Shown piece by piece: positions 1 through 12,178 of a stretch of DNA of 64,000 nt. The stretch spans positions 310,001 through 374,000 of the forward strand of contig JBDOQK010000007.1 of assembly GCA_040437565.1 (NCBI GenBank), written 5' to 3'. The first letter of the stretch is position 1, and every line of letters begins with the position of its first letter. Source of the DNA: Albugo candida (Eukaryota). The position numbers and the translations under genes are program-made. The notes below the pieces were generated by a model. It was not told the DNA's origin. It saw only the letters and a program-made list of their open reading frames with translations, and did not search any database.

Positions 1-1466
1 AACCGTAGAAGACAATAGCCACCCGCAGAAAATTAAGGACGCAAATGCCTAGATAACCTACTTGACCAAGTTGTTTGCTGTTTCCTTCACTTTCCAAATA
101 AACCAGACCGAAATATCCAAATTTTTAAATCAAATTAAATGGTGTTGACAAACCTTTCATCCCAATTATTGCTCAAGACTGATCCGCGAATTATGATGCA
201 GTCGAACTCAGTCGCTCCTTTGCATTCAGACGAACTTATTGTACTATTTTATGCAAGTTTGAAGAAAACTCAGCGCTCATTCCGCTGTATACCTTATTCA
301 GCATTCGCACTCATCGCTGGTATCACAAAAAATCACNNNNNNNNNNNNNNNNNNNNNNNNNNNNNNNNNNNNNNNNNNNNNNNNNNNNNNNNNNNNNNNN
401 NNNNNNNNNNNNNNNNNNNNNNNNNNNNNNNNNNNNATTGATGCGACAGCCGCCAATGCCATAATTTACGAAAGGTAGCGTGTGACGATCACGATCACGA
501 CAACGACAGGATTCACACATCCAGTGGGTGCTAGTACACTTGAACTTAGAGGCACCGGCACAGAGGTGCTGAAAACAAAGGTTTCAAACCGTAGAAGACA
601 ATAGCCACCCGCAGAAAATTAAGGACGCAAATGCCTAGATAACCTACTTGACCAAGTTGTTTGCTGTTTCCTTCACTTTCCAAATAAACCAGACCGAAAT
701 ATCCAAATTTTTAAATCAAATTAAATGGTGTTGACAAACCTTTCATCCCAATTATTGCTCAAGACTGATCCGCGAATTATGATGCAGTCGAACTCAGTCG
801 CTCCTTTGCATTCAGACGAACTTATTGTACTATTTTATGCAAGTTTGAAGAAAACTCAGCGCTCATTCCGCTGTATACCTTATTCAGCATTCGCACTCAT
901 CGCTGGTATCACAAAAAATCACATTCCCAAAGTGATGCATATCACAACAAAATCGTACACATGCCCACGACTCTCAGACTCAACCAAGGGGTCGAGTACT
1001 CGCGATTCAATAATAGATAAGGCATCCGATTACCATCTCGAGTGGCGTTTTCAAGCTTAGTTAGAAATACGAATCGTCTCCCATGCACATGATACCTGGC
1101 CAGTAGATATTATTGAATCCTCTTTAACCAACGAGACACTAGGAGCTGGGTAAAGCCGATACAAACTATTCCCAACGTATCTGCATATCCGTTATGTTGC
1201 TAATATCCAGCATAGACATATATATCCCAATGCATTCAAACCAATAGATCACGTGCGACACAAAACACCGCAACACAAGCTTCAGATCACTGTTTGGTAC
1301 TTGTCTAAGACCCACTGACCGCAATTAAGCGTTCGTCTTCCCTATCGTAGTTGCGACGAACAGTACATGTATTTGGGTCCTCCGTATCGCTCCATAACTA
1401 GCCATCACTTGCTCTAAAGTGGTAAGGGTCATGATTGACATTTTTCAACGCGTGATCTTTGTAAAG

Positions 1467-1950
1467 TGTTATACTCCGTTTTTTTTTCTCGGCATTTTCT
1501 TGCAAGATACCGCAGCGATCCTTAAATGTCCTCTCTGTAAACCTCACCACGAAATATCCAAAGCGGCTAAGCATTGTAGTGTGGCTGAGACATGCTTTGG
1601 TAATGGAAGGAGAACAAAAAGGGCTTCTGAGGGAATCAGACCAAGCCATTTACAAAAGGATAAAAAGAATATTGCGGAATAGAGAATGGTACTCCTTGAA
1701 AATTCGAAAAATGTTTGGCCGTAGCATATGCAAATGAAAACGGCTTGAATCGAAACGCAGATGAGTGCATTTTTGTCCCTTTTGCACTTGGCTTTTTCGT
1801 ATTCCCTCATAGGCCCTTTTTCTTCTCCTTCCATTACCAGAACATCTCTCAGCCACAGTAGAATGTATGGCTGCTTTGAATGTGTCGTGGTGGAGTTTTG
1901 AAGAGGGCATTTCAAGTCAAGAAAAATCGGTCGGTTTCGGGCATTACATT
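1467..1950. repeat. Imperfect inverted repeat (arms about 1467-1670 and 1765-1950)
   Basis: 1521-1665 (aaatgtcctctctgtaaacctcaccacg...gtggctgagacatgctttggtaatggaaggagaacaaaaagggcttctgagggaat) matches the reverse complement of 1770-1913. The arms translate to related peptides IVVWLRHALVMEGEQKGLLRE (+) and ILLWLRDVLVMEGEEKGPMRE (-). Confidence 0.8.
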
Positions 1951-2349
1951 TGGCTGGATATATCTGCCCACAGATATTCAGAGAAGTTTTGGTCACCCGT
2001 CAACCAATCTTTTTACACATGTTGGATATCACAAAGGTAAGTAGGACGGAATAAAGCTTCCAATTTCTCAGACGTATGAGAGCGTTCATGTCCACATTTC
2101 GTAATCCCTCCGCGTTTACATGTATGATTTTTTTAAGTACTTTTTTTCTTTTTTAAGCATTCGCTGGCAAGTGAACCAGCACATGGATTACTTACTGTTC
2201 TGGTACATTTCTGATAAAAAAAGGAAGGCAACCGCCAAATTGGATGCAAGAATGGCTCTGCATTCAGATTAGAACAGCAATGGCAAACTCTGCAAATCGC
2301 CGTATTTCTTCGCCGAATAAAGTGTCGGCTGATGCGCAGGAATATTGCA

Positions 2350-4000
2350 CAATTATTTCTTCGCAAGTTCTACTTTGAAGACATTAAGCAGTATACGATC
2401 GTCGTTGAGATCGTTTGCAACAAAAACTCGTCTGATCATCAGTAAATGCGTTACTTCGTCCAACGCACTTTCATTAGACTCCATGCGCGAGAGTAGCAAG
2501 TAGCACACCATTACATAGCGATCAGATGAGCAAGTGTCGCTCGCATGATTCTGACCGCATTTGAGTGCTTTTTCGGAATCAATTTCCATGAGCTGTTTAA
2601 TCTCGCCAGCTTGAGTTGGTCCTTTGTGTAGGGTTTTTGCAAAATGGGGGCCTCTTTTGAAAGTGACCACGGCTTCTGGCATCCGTTTTTTTCACGAGAA
2701 TAATTTTTCGCACTGTTGTGCGACCGATTCCCACTTACCACACTACTCTATCTCCACCTCCATAGATGCGAGAACAGACTAGTAATTTCTGGTGGCCAAA
2801 TCAGCTAGAGCCCGAAGTGGTGCTTTCGAGATATTGTGTCGAAATGTTTCCACATGGTGACGGTTACCGCATGAACGAGCCAGATGCATGCTTATATGCC
2901 CATCCCACTCTACTGAAGCTGATGGCACTGGTGGAGCTGGTTTGTCCTCCTGAGGGAGTAGTGAAGGTAATGCTCACCGGAATTATGATGCGTTGGGTAG
3001 TGTGATGGCGGGGGGAGAGTTGAACTCCAACAATATTGGTCGAAAAGTTTGCGGTCAGCATTTTCGCCAGGTTTTTTCGGCTGTGAACTGACAACTACAC
3101 CTTTTTTGAGGCGCCTCGTTGTTCTATATCGTGTTTTTAAAGTGCCGGCGGAGGAGTAGCAACGGCTCCTGAATCCAAGCTGTATGAATCACGATGACTA
3201 ACACGTCGACCTTCCGTTGTAATCGGAGCATTTTCTCCTTGGTTTCGTGGAACGGGGTAGTTCGCATACTTTTCTACGCGCGCCAATGTTTTGGGACATG
3301 TGGAGAACCCAATCTAAGTTCTCCAAGTCGTCGAAACCAGTCTTTCCGAGGAATTCGCTTCTCGAAAGATGTAGAAAAAGATTCCAAGAATCTTTTCGTG
3401 GATTTCAAAATACCCTCCCTTTCGATCCCAATATCGACTCCGAATACATCCAGATAGTACCGGCTTCTTAAGGTCTCCTATTATTTGACGAAGTGTTTTT
3501 CACCCAGAACGGTGACTGATTGGCAATCTAGCACGGGTTCGTGGACGTGAACATCGCTTCCACAGTTCATCCTGGAAGCTTGGACACCTGTCCAATCTGG
3601 TGACTGTCCAGGAGAGATTCAAATATCGGGTTGCCGTGATTCCGGGGAACTTATATTTATAATCTCTCATTGCTACTGAAGGCAAGGCCTGAAATGTTTC
3701 TAGAATCATCAGAAAGATTGGCTGCGAAATTTTAATAGGTCTTGCTGGATCATTTTTGCGGCAGCAACAGACCTATCCGGATCCTCGCCAGCATAAGTTC
3801 AGTTATTGCGGCAATATCCGATATTTTCGACTTTTTGAGCTCCACGCGATATTGCGCTTTCGCTTTAGCCTTGTCGTTGCGCAAGGACTCTTGCAACCAT
3901 ATAATACCAGCTCAAGTGGGACGTTTTGTCTCGCCTCCACTTGCAGTTGCCTTATTATGCCCTTATGACGAGGCAGTGCCAGTACCGCCTGTACCACCCT
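2350..4000 (-). mobile_element. Decayed repeat, possibly a non-LTR retroelement ORF1-like relic; homologous to 27053-27480
   Basis: Fragmented reading frames with many stops. The reverse complement of about 2600-3045 aligns with 27053-27480 (e.g. ccagctccaccag...cagtagagt...tggctcgtt...ttcgacaca...ctcgcatctatg). The element class is a weak inference. Confidence 0.35.
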
Positions 4001-6003
4001 AGACCGTCTCACAGGTGATGGAGGTACTTGCTACTTCATCACCCCTGTGTGATGACTCATCAATGATCATACAATCCCTCAGACCCGGGTGATTTGGCAG
4101 GGTTACCACGTCAGTACAAGTGGATAAGACCCTAACTTGTCTCGAAATGTCGGCTTATGCCATTGTTCTTGAGGGGGAGAAATTAAATTCTCAAGCTGTT
4201 TCCTAAATTGGCGGGTTACGTAGCAGACGGCAAACTGAGTAGTAGCTCTGTGCCTATGAGAAAGTCAACCCAGAATCCGAACGTCAAATTGTCCATCGCT
4301 TTGCTATAAATGGTAAACATAATGCAACGAATCCGTTAGTTGAGCCAAAAGCAGTCATTTACACCATTGTATCTTTGTGTGGGCTTGATACACTTGGCGT
4401 TGGACATGAAATACAGGTTGAGTTTTCCAGAGGTGTAGAAAGCTACATCCACCGTCTTAAGTGAGCTACTCAGGATTGTGATCAAGAGAAAAGTACTCGC
4501 ATGAGTTAAATGTGCTGCTTCGGTCTATCGTAAATGACTTCCTGTCTTCTCAAATTGTGAATTTATCAAGGTCTCGTGCACGGTATGTGATTCTTGGCCG
4601 TGATATTCGTGTATTTGCATGTTGTTGCTCCGTGGGGACCACTCACCCCATCTTTATGCTAATTGTATGTCATACACGTCGGCATAAATTTCACGACGTA
4701 AGCTGAATCTTTCCAAAGAGAGCTACCTTTTTCAAATTGAGTGCAATCTCAGCAAGTGAACCCGATCGATCGATAAATTACGTAATAACGCATCTCGTCA
4801 ACCCGAAGATGAGAGCGCAACGATGGTAAAGTATCATGGCGGTTAAAGGTGCAGCTGAGTATAGCACATGGAGGACGCTCACATAGAAGAGCTCTCATCA
4901 TCCATTGAGATAAACACTATACTCTGTAACCTTCCTTATCGGCGAAGTGCTTGATTGTTTTCGAAGTCCCAAACATTCAACAAAATAAGATTAACGAAGC
5001 TGGTATCTCTGGGTCAATGGGTCAGCAGCAGTCGCACCCGTAATTCTATACGAGATGAATTGCGATCATTGTGATACAGATTTCAGCTTGAAGTAAGTGC
5101 GTACCGAGCGTTTGTCCAGATTCTCTTCATCAGAATGGGTATTGCTCCTCTTTTATCGAAAGCAAGTTCCTGGATGCTGCTAGCTTATGTCTTCAGATAC
5201 AAGCCAAATGCTTTCCATCTTACAAAAGTGGTTGAGAGAGTCAGAGAGCGGCCACGACACCAACACGCGTTAGTTACACAGAGGCGATTCATCGAGCTTC
5301 GGGCAATATGAGCCCTCAATATATGACTTTATATATGACCATGAAAATGGCTAACTTTGTTCCTACACCCTGGAAAGTGTGCAGCTAGGCCTTGTTGCAA
5401 TCACAGGGCTCGAAATTGACTTTTCACCGCTTGAAGTGTGGTGACGAGGCCTTTGCGGCATAACCGCGATTGTGATGCTTACGAGAGGCTATCGCTGACC
5501 GTACCACGCACACCTTCCGAAGCTAATGAAAAATTTGGGCGATGTTCGCACACAGCTGACATCTCGTGCCATCGCACTTGTCTTTTTCGGTTCATGCCAG
5601 CGAAAGTACATGCTTATACTTTTTGAGCATTTTGAATAGAGTTTACACGTCCATATACCTTCAAGGATGTAGTTTAAAGTAACGTGGTGGAGCATTAATG
5701 GATCAGTCCCTAACAGCAAAGGGGCTTGACGTTCAACTTCACCGTTACCGCGAGAAAGTGTTTCAGTATATCGCTACAATTCATTTTTGCTGCTCTAACG
5801 AGCACCTGTCGCCTCACAAAAGAGCGTACAGACATCAAAGTGCTTCCTGGTGCTTTCCATTGATGATAACATTACGTCGAATATAGCAAGTGAGGGAGTA
5901 TCGTAACATTTTCATCGGATAAATCCTAAATATCGTATAAATATTGCAATGCTTGGCGGGTTGATATCGGAATGTTACAAACAGCTGCTTTTTACTTCAG
6001 CCA

Positions 6004-9000
6004 TCATATCAAATGACCGATATTTTCCGAGTCATTAGATCTGTCGACGCGTTGATGTATTTGCTGAGGTAATTCTTCGGAGCTGATGAATGTGCCGTGT
6101 CGGTTAGACATGAAGTCACTTTGGTCAATCATTTCCAACAAAGCCGGATGATGACGATGAAACGCCGGCGTGTTGGTACGATGGTTTAAAGCAAAAACAC
6201 GTGACATCTTTTGCTGAAATCGAAACTTATACGGTTTTGGAGGCATTGCGGAAACTCCATCCGAGTCTTTCTGCTTGATATAGCACTTGTAAAAGCGTTC
6301 TATCTTCTTCTCGAGAGTCCTACAGTTTCTTCATTGAGCTGCTGCTACATGAACAACAAGGATTTCATACCATTGTTGCAGTATGTCGATGATGCCAAAA
6401 TGATATAGCGATGGCCCAGAGACGCTAGTGGCCGGTTGTGTGAAGATCGAATCGCCATCAGTCTCTTTGTCGGCGAATTCTTCGACAGCTGCAGCATCCA
6501 CAAAGTATTCACAACTTCGGACACCCATCAATAAACTGTAGTCCATTATTCCTTGCTCACATAAAAAGTCACTATCCCGATGAAGTTGGTCGTAGATTCG
6601 TGTCGCATGATATGGATCGATCCGAATCTACAAAGCGAATTGTTGACGATAATGAGCGCCACCTGTGATACATTATCATGCCTACCTTCATCATCAGGTC
6701 GTTATCTTTGAGGACGATGTCGGGTTCATGAAAATGCATGTTGTCTCCACATTCTTGGTTCTTGAGGCTACCGTACGTGTAGGACGCATTACAATAGCGA
6801 CAAGTCGTTTTATCACCCGGTTTCGGAATTTTTGCGTTTCGATCGACCCAGGAGCCTTTGATGTCGTAACGATGATGTAAAATCTTTGAATGGATACTTA
6901 AAACAAGGATAGTTTGGCGGACAGGTGCCATACCTGAGTTTTGGAGAAAAAGTTTCCCATAACCACAAAGTAGTATACGTTACCGTATAGCGAAACTCCA
7001 TGACAGCCATAAAATCGAGTCAAGAGAGTGCTGGTGTTGGTGGTCATATACTGCGCGTACTGAGATGCAATTTTACGCAAAAAATTGCATTCTTCCGAGG
7101 ACATTGTCTTCACAATAAGTTGCTCATCTCCAGTAAAAAACATAAATGCTCCACTTCGACCTTCGCTAAATTGTTCCTAGAGTCCAATCCAAAAGCACTA
7201 AGCAGACAGTATAATGAAACGGCGAGTGCAAGAACCTACCTTTGTAGTTGCCCCGAACATTCTCGTATACTCTTGATCGGTGATTCCGTAGCAGTAACGT
7301 ATCTTACGAAACGCAACAGGACAATACGACCAAAACCTGACCGATTTTTTCTACTCAACAGCATGAACAAGGCAGAATTCAGACTTCAGCAAATTCAAAC
7401 GTACTCGATCACTTTCTCCGGAGATCGGTATCGAAATCTCTTCGTCTTGAACAGCCTGGATCGATGACTTTACTCCAGACGTGGTATAATACAGAATTTC
7501 GGATCGCAGGGCCATGTTTACTTGAGGACTGAGATCAACGTCGAAATCACGCGAGTCTTCTTTTCGGCCTCCAGCGGGTCTGCATATAGGAAATGGATCA
7601 CTTTGATTATCGTTCCCTTACAGTTGACAGTCTATACCTTTCAATGTTGTTGACGGCAAACCAGATAACAAAATCCAGGTATCCTTTCGATGCGATAAGA
7701 AATGCCACCAGCTGACGAAGTACTTGGGCAACAGCTTGTGTATTTGCAGACTGATTTGACTTTGTTGCGAGAAAGTACGCGCACATGTACAGCAATAGGA
7801 GCAAGAGCCAGTAAAACACACAAGCGCCGGTAAAACTAGAAACCAACACCGAGCAAATATAAGTATCGATACAAACTGGGTAGTTTCTTCGAGCAGGACA
7901 TACAATGAGATGTAGTTGAGAACGCGAAGGCGCATATTATACGTCTTTGGCACACCACGCAAATATAAACGGTGCCATGCCAGTGTTAATACACTACATA
8001 CAATGGTTAAGCACACAGTAATGGATAGACAAAAAGTTCCGTACCAGACAGATACGACCAGGACCAAGATTACAAACGTATAGATAAGAATCCATGGCCT
8101 ACCAATCAAAGCGTCAATAGTCGTGTCTATCAATGATGTCAACCAACCATTCTTGAGTTGTGAGAAAATTGGAATCATCAAAGCACTTTGGATAGTCATA
8201 TTTGTCGCATTGACCTTGTTTGGGACAGCATATTCGCGATGAAGCCATACAAAATCCTACGACTGTCGATAACGACTTGCCAAATTCGAGTGATTGGCCA
8301 TCGACTGTAAAAAAGCCTCCAGCTCCACTGACACCCCATGTAATCCCACCCATTATGATTCCTGTTAACAGTAAAATCATAAGTCTTGAAGTATTCTTCC
8401 AATAAATGTGATCCACAAACCTCCCACCCATACCCAGAGACGGTAAAAGCGCATCATTCGTTTATAACTCGTGAACGGACTATTCAGCTAGAATTCACAC
8501 ATTAGATATACAATCATAATAGTACTTTGACATTACGAACCGAAAAGTAGAGATCGCACGCCATCACGAGTCCCCAGGCTTCTGATGTAAAGAAAAAAAA
8601 TTCTGTAACTCCAGCAAGTTGCCGGCATCTATCATTGGAGTCGGAGCTAACATCAAAATTGATCCATACATTAAGCAAGAGACATATCGCCAGGAATACT
8701 CCCAAAACCGCTCGATTGTGAACAATAGGATTGGGATGTTGATGCCAATGTTTCTTTCGAAAATACGTGATAATTACTGCTGAGCCACAGATAATCGTAT
8801 TGACAGAGCCAGCGATGAGTCCAGTCCAGCGATACGAGTACATTGCAATCGTGATTCCGAGAAACGCCATTGTCATGCAGCACCCTAGCAATTGTGATTT
8901 TCGATTCTCAAACCACCGGATCCTTGCTTGAGAGATTGATGGAGCTCGACCGCGAAATTGGTCCGTCATGTCTTTGTTGATTACACGGATAACATTATTT

Positions 9001-9278
9001 GGAGCTTGTATCGGATTACTCATGCGCTGAGGGTGAACATGCGTGCTGTGAAGTCCCAAATCGAATTCACGGCTTGAGCCACCTTCTAATAGCACGTAAG
9101 ATCGGCCGGGTTGTTCGGCTGAGTATCCTGATGCAGAGGGCTGATTGAGATGAACAGGATCGTTATTATTGTGTGGCGGTCGCATTGATACATATGAAGT
9201 ATGCATATCAGTTGTACACGGCGTGTCTGTGTATGTTGTGCGCGAGTTTCTGGTCAGCGGGTTGTTTTGTGTTCGCAT
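6004..9278 (-). CDS. GPCR-PIPK fusion (multi-TM receptor-like domain plus phosphatidylinositol phosphate kinase), multi-exon
   Basis: N-terminal exons are rich in TM helices (ORFs 8514-9278, 8114-8431, 7618-8199, 7607-7849). C-terminal PIPK motifs: SEGRSGAFMFFT..QLIVKTM, LLTRFYGCH, YDIKGSWVDRNA, DYSLLMGV, HFGIIDILQQW, DGVSAMPPKPYKFRF. Stop at 6004. Confidence 0.9.
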
Positions 9279-9516
9279 ACCATCAACTAGGACGAAGTAG
9301 CAAGTGACTAAGTTATTCTAAGCTTGCAAATTGCTCCGGTAACCTGGCTTTTTATAAAGACTATAGAGCTTATAGCGTCTGATTCTCGATCTAACTCGAT
9401 AAAACCTAAGTGGAATAGGGTAGCTAACCCCTAAGTTTTTTTTAGACCTGCGTTTTAGTGGGACGTACGATAGACATATAGTACTTGATTGGTTCGATTC
9501 GGCGAGAAGTCGGGTA

Positions 9517-9572
9517 ATTACCTTGTTCAGAATTCTGCAAAGATTACCTTGTTCAGAATTCTGCAAAGATTA
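9517..9572. repeat. Perfect 26-bp tandem duplication upstream of GPCR-PIPK
   Basis: attaccttgttcagaattctgcaaag twice, plus atta. Confidence 0.9.
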
Positions 9573-9599
9573 TGAGTCAGCCTCGTAATATATGACCGT

Positions 9600-10265
9600 G
9601 CGCAGGTCTGAATACAAGAAATATGTCACTGCTTGATTTTCAGTAGGATATCCAGTCATGGTATGTGGTTATTACAGAATCTCAGTGGACAGGAAGTCAA
9701 TTATTTATTCACAGAAAAAGTGCTATGAGCGATCATGTGCGGGTGACACAATCAGCACGTTGATCTACTTCTAGCTTTAACGAATTTGATCAAGTATGTC
9801 GCTTTAGTGCGCGTAGACAGGTGAGGTATAATGTGTCAAGATCTGGTAGTGACAGGAGGCAATAAGATGGGATGCAATGTTAAGCCTCTTTTTTTGCCTC
9901 AACCATAAACTTATTACGGAAGATTCTATCTGGCGCTATGTTCAGATAGCGGCCATATCCGCGACAAGTTCCTCGAACATCATCACTACTCTTAGCACTT
10001 GTTCAACTCAATAACGATTCATCGATATAGTCAATCTCATCGGAATCAAAAAAAAAATACGTCAACGGTGATTGATTGTGTGGGGTATCATGAATTGCAC
10101 AGCGATTGTGCAGGCTGGTACCATTGATGAAATCGGTCGAGAAGTAAAGTTGTAACGGTGTATCATTGGTGGGGAATTGATAGTGCTCGATCGAGATTTA
10201 AGGATTAGCTTTCCTTTATCACATAGTCCTATTGTCTTCCTCTCACATACCTAATTTTATGGTCA
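9600..10265. repeat. Decayed segment, inverted homolog of 56060-56820 (part of duplicated block A)
   Basis: The reverse complement shares collinear blocks such as ataggactatgt.ataaa, gcaattcatgatacc.cacacaat, tagtgatgatgttcgaggaa.tt.tcgc and cgtaataag...gaggct.aacat. Confidence 0.8.
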
Positions 10266-10740
10266 AGTATACAAAAACACATTTATCTCAAAGTATACTG
10301 ACTCGTGCAGTATACACGATACTGTAAAATTTCAAATGAGATCCGTATTCCCTTTTATGCGTTTTCCAATTTCACGCACAACCCAACTGGCTGTGATCTG
10401 CGATTGCCGTCCTCTAGATGATGGTACAGGGGTTGCAATATCTCGTTTACTCCTAGGGAAGTATTTTCAACTACACCCGCCGATGACTTCGAGGTTGTTC
10501 GACTTCTATGACGGCAAATGTAAAGTTTTATCTAAGATTCCCTCAGTACCTGTTGTAACGAACAAAATACATGCGCTCCGCATTCAATCGAAAGATACGC
10601 GTGAGCTCAGTTGACCTAAGCATGGGATGCAGCTCGAGACCATCAGGCTGTCTTAAAGACCCTAGACCGTCGCACATTTCGGTTTTGACCCACATTGTTG
10701 TAAAAAAAAGAGCACACCGGTAAGCAATGTAGTATAAGGG

Positions 10741-11070
10741 ATGAACAACACTTTGGCTACGTTCATAGGATCTTCGGGGTAGATACTTCCGGACAGGTCC
10801 ACTGATCTATCCCCTTACTTACTCATCTCCTACACCTGCGGTCATGGACATCAAAGTCATCTCTCAGAACCTGCCGTACTTTTGAGTATCGTCTTGTTGA
10901 CTCCGATCAGCTAAGTTCCATTTCCAAAGTTGTCAGGCATATTCAGTACAAGTCGCTTTTGGATCTTAATTGCTTTCATAGGATGGAACAGCGTACCCAT
11001 TAGAGATAAATGACACGGTCAACTAGGGTTGCAGAATGCTTTAGACTGTACCAGACGTCAGAGAATCCAA
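10741..11070 (+). pseudogene. RCC1-BTB gene pseudogene (deleted inverted copy of 53204-55838)
   Basis: atgaacaaca...cttcggggtagatacttccggacaggtcc matches the RCC1-BTB start atggacaaca...cttcggggcatacagtttcggacaggtgc. About 10835-11065 matches about 54755-54485, including an intron. Large deletions and frameshifts. Confidence 0.8.
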
Positions 11071-11121
11071 ACCGAGCTATGTTAGCATCAATCTCATCTA
11101 CGTGGAAGTACTTAAGGTGCT

Positions 11122-12090
11122 TCATGACATTTCAGAAAGCATGCTAATGAGTCGCATACGACGCATCTTTAAAGACCCGAAAACTGGCACATCGTTGTCA
11201 TGCTTCATGTTTTCATGAGATTTGATAATTTTTGAACCCTGACCTTTCCTTTCTCTCGACATCTTCTTTTGCCAACTCTACGCTAGCAGCAATAGTGAAT
11301 ACAGTATATCAATATCGATTTAACACATTACCTTCTTCTCACNNNNNNNNNNNNNNNNNNNNNNNNNNNNNNNNNNNNNNNNNNNNNNNNNNNNNNNNNN
11401 NNNNNNNNNNNNNNNNNNNNNNNNNNNNNNNNNNNNNNNNNNCATCTTTAAAGACCCGAAAACTGGCACATCGTTGTCATGCTTCATGTTTTCATGAGAT
11501 TTGATAATTTTTGAACCCTGACCTCTCCTTTCTCTCGACATCTTCTTTTGCCAACTCTACGCTAGCAGCAATAGTGAATACAGTATATCAATATCGATTT
11601 AACACATTACCTTCTTCTCACATCCGACAAGGGACGGTCACCCACTTCCTGATGGGCCATTTCCAAAAAAAAAATTCTGCCTTCTGCAAATCCTCTCTAT
11701 CTGACCTGTTTTTCTCCACTCGGTACTTCTTCCAATTTGCTACATCCTTTCCGTCGCTATGACAAATTATCGATAAAAAAAGCCATTCCGACTTGTGCTT
11801 ATTCAGCAACCTGGTAATATAAGCTCATAGTCAGATATTTCCACGGTTTATTACAACATTCAACCATTTTATATATCTATCAAGGTTTACCTTACAAACA
11901 TTCTAAAGTTGCCGTGTTCTTTGACCTTTCCGCACATAAGATTCTCCACTTGTACGATTTCTTCGCCGATATCACCCGTTTGAAAAATAGTACTGCTACG
12001 CATCGCATTTCCCTGATGGAAGCTTTTTCGATTCCCTTTGTACCTGAATGATCGGCATCGGGACTATCATTCGCTCAACTTTGTGAATAT
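11122..12090 (-). pseudogene. DBT: DBT (BCKDH E2) pseudogene, intron-retaining, internally deleted
   Basis: The reverse complement reads ATA TTC ACA AAG (ATG TTC ACA AAG in the intact gene), cgatgccgatcattca, cttccatcaggg, tgatatcggcgaag.aatcg.acaagt, and ends in agcatgct..ctgaaatgtcatga like the DBT stop region. The catalytic-domain exons (about 52080-53035) are missing. Confidence 0.88.
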
Positions 12091-12104
12091 AACGATCCTA
12101 TGTA

Positions 12105-12167
12105 TGTTGAAGTTGCATAAATGCGCACGTAATGATATGTTCCCTTCTTGCCTATAGTACTTACGCT
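12105..12167. promoter_or_regulatory. Conserved DDI1/DBT head-to-head promoter segment (copy 1, upstream of intact DDI1)
   Basis: 63 bp with 6 substitutions against the reverse complement of 51231-51293, visibly better conserved than the flanking pseudogene sequence. Promoter function is inferred from position. Confidence 0.6.
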
Positions 12168-12178
12168 CAGTTCGGACC

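Noticed and set aside
10250-12050. Apparent Ty1/copia RT-like peptides on the minus strand (e.g. RKWVTVPCRM..GNVLNRY)
   Set aside because: The nucleotide sequence aligns collinearly with DBT and RCC1-BTB, so the copia resemblance is coincidental.
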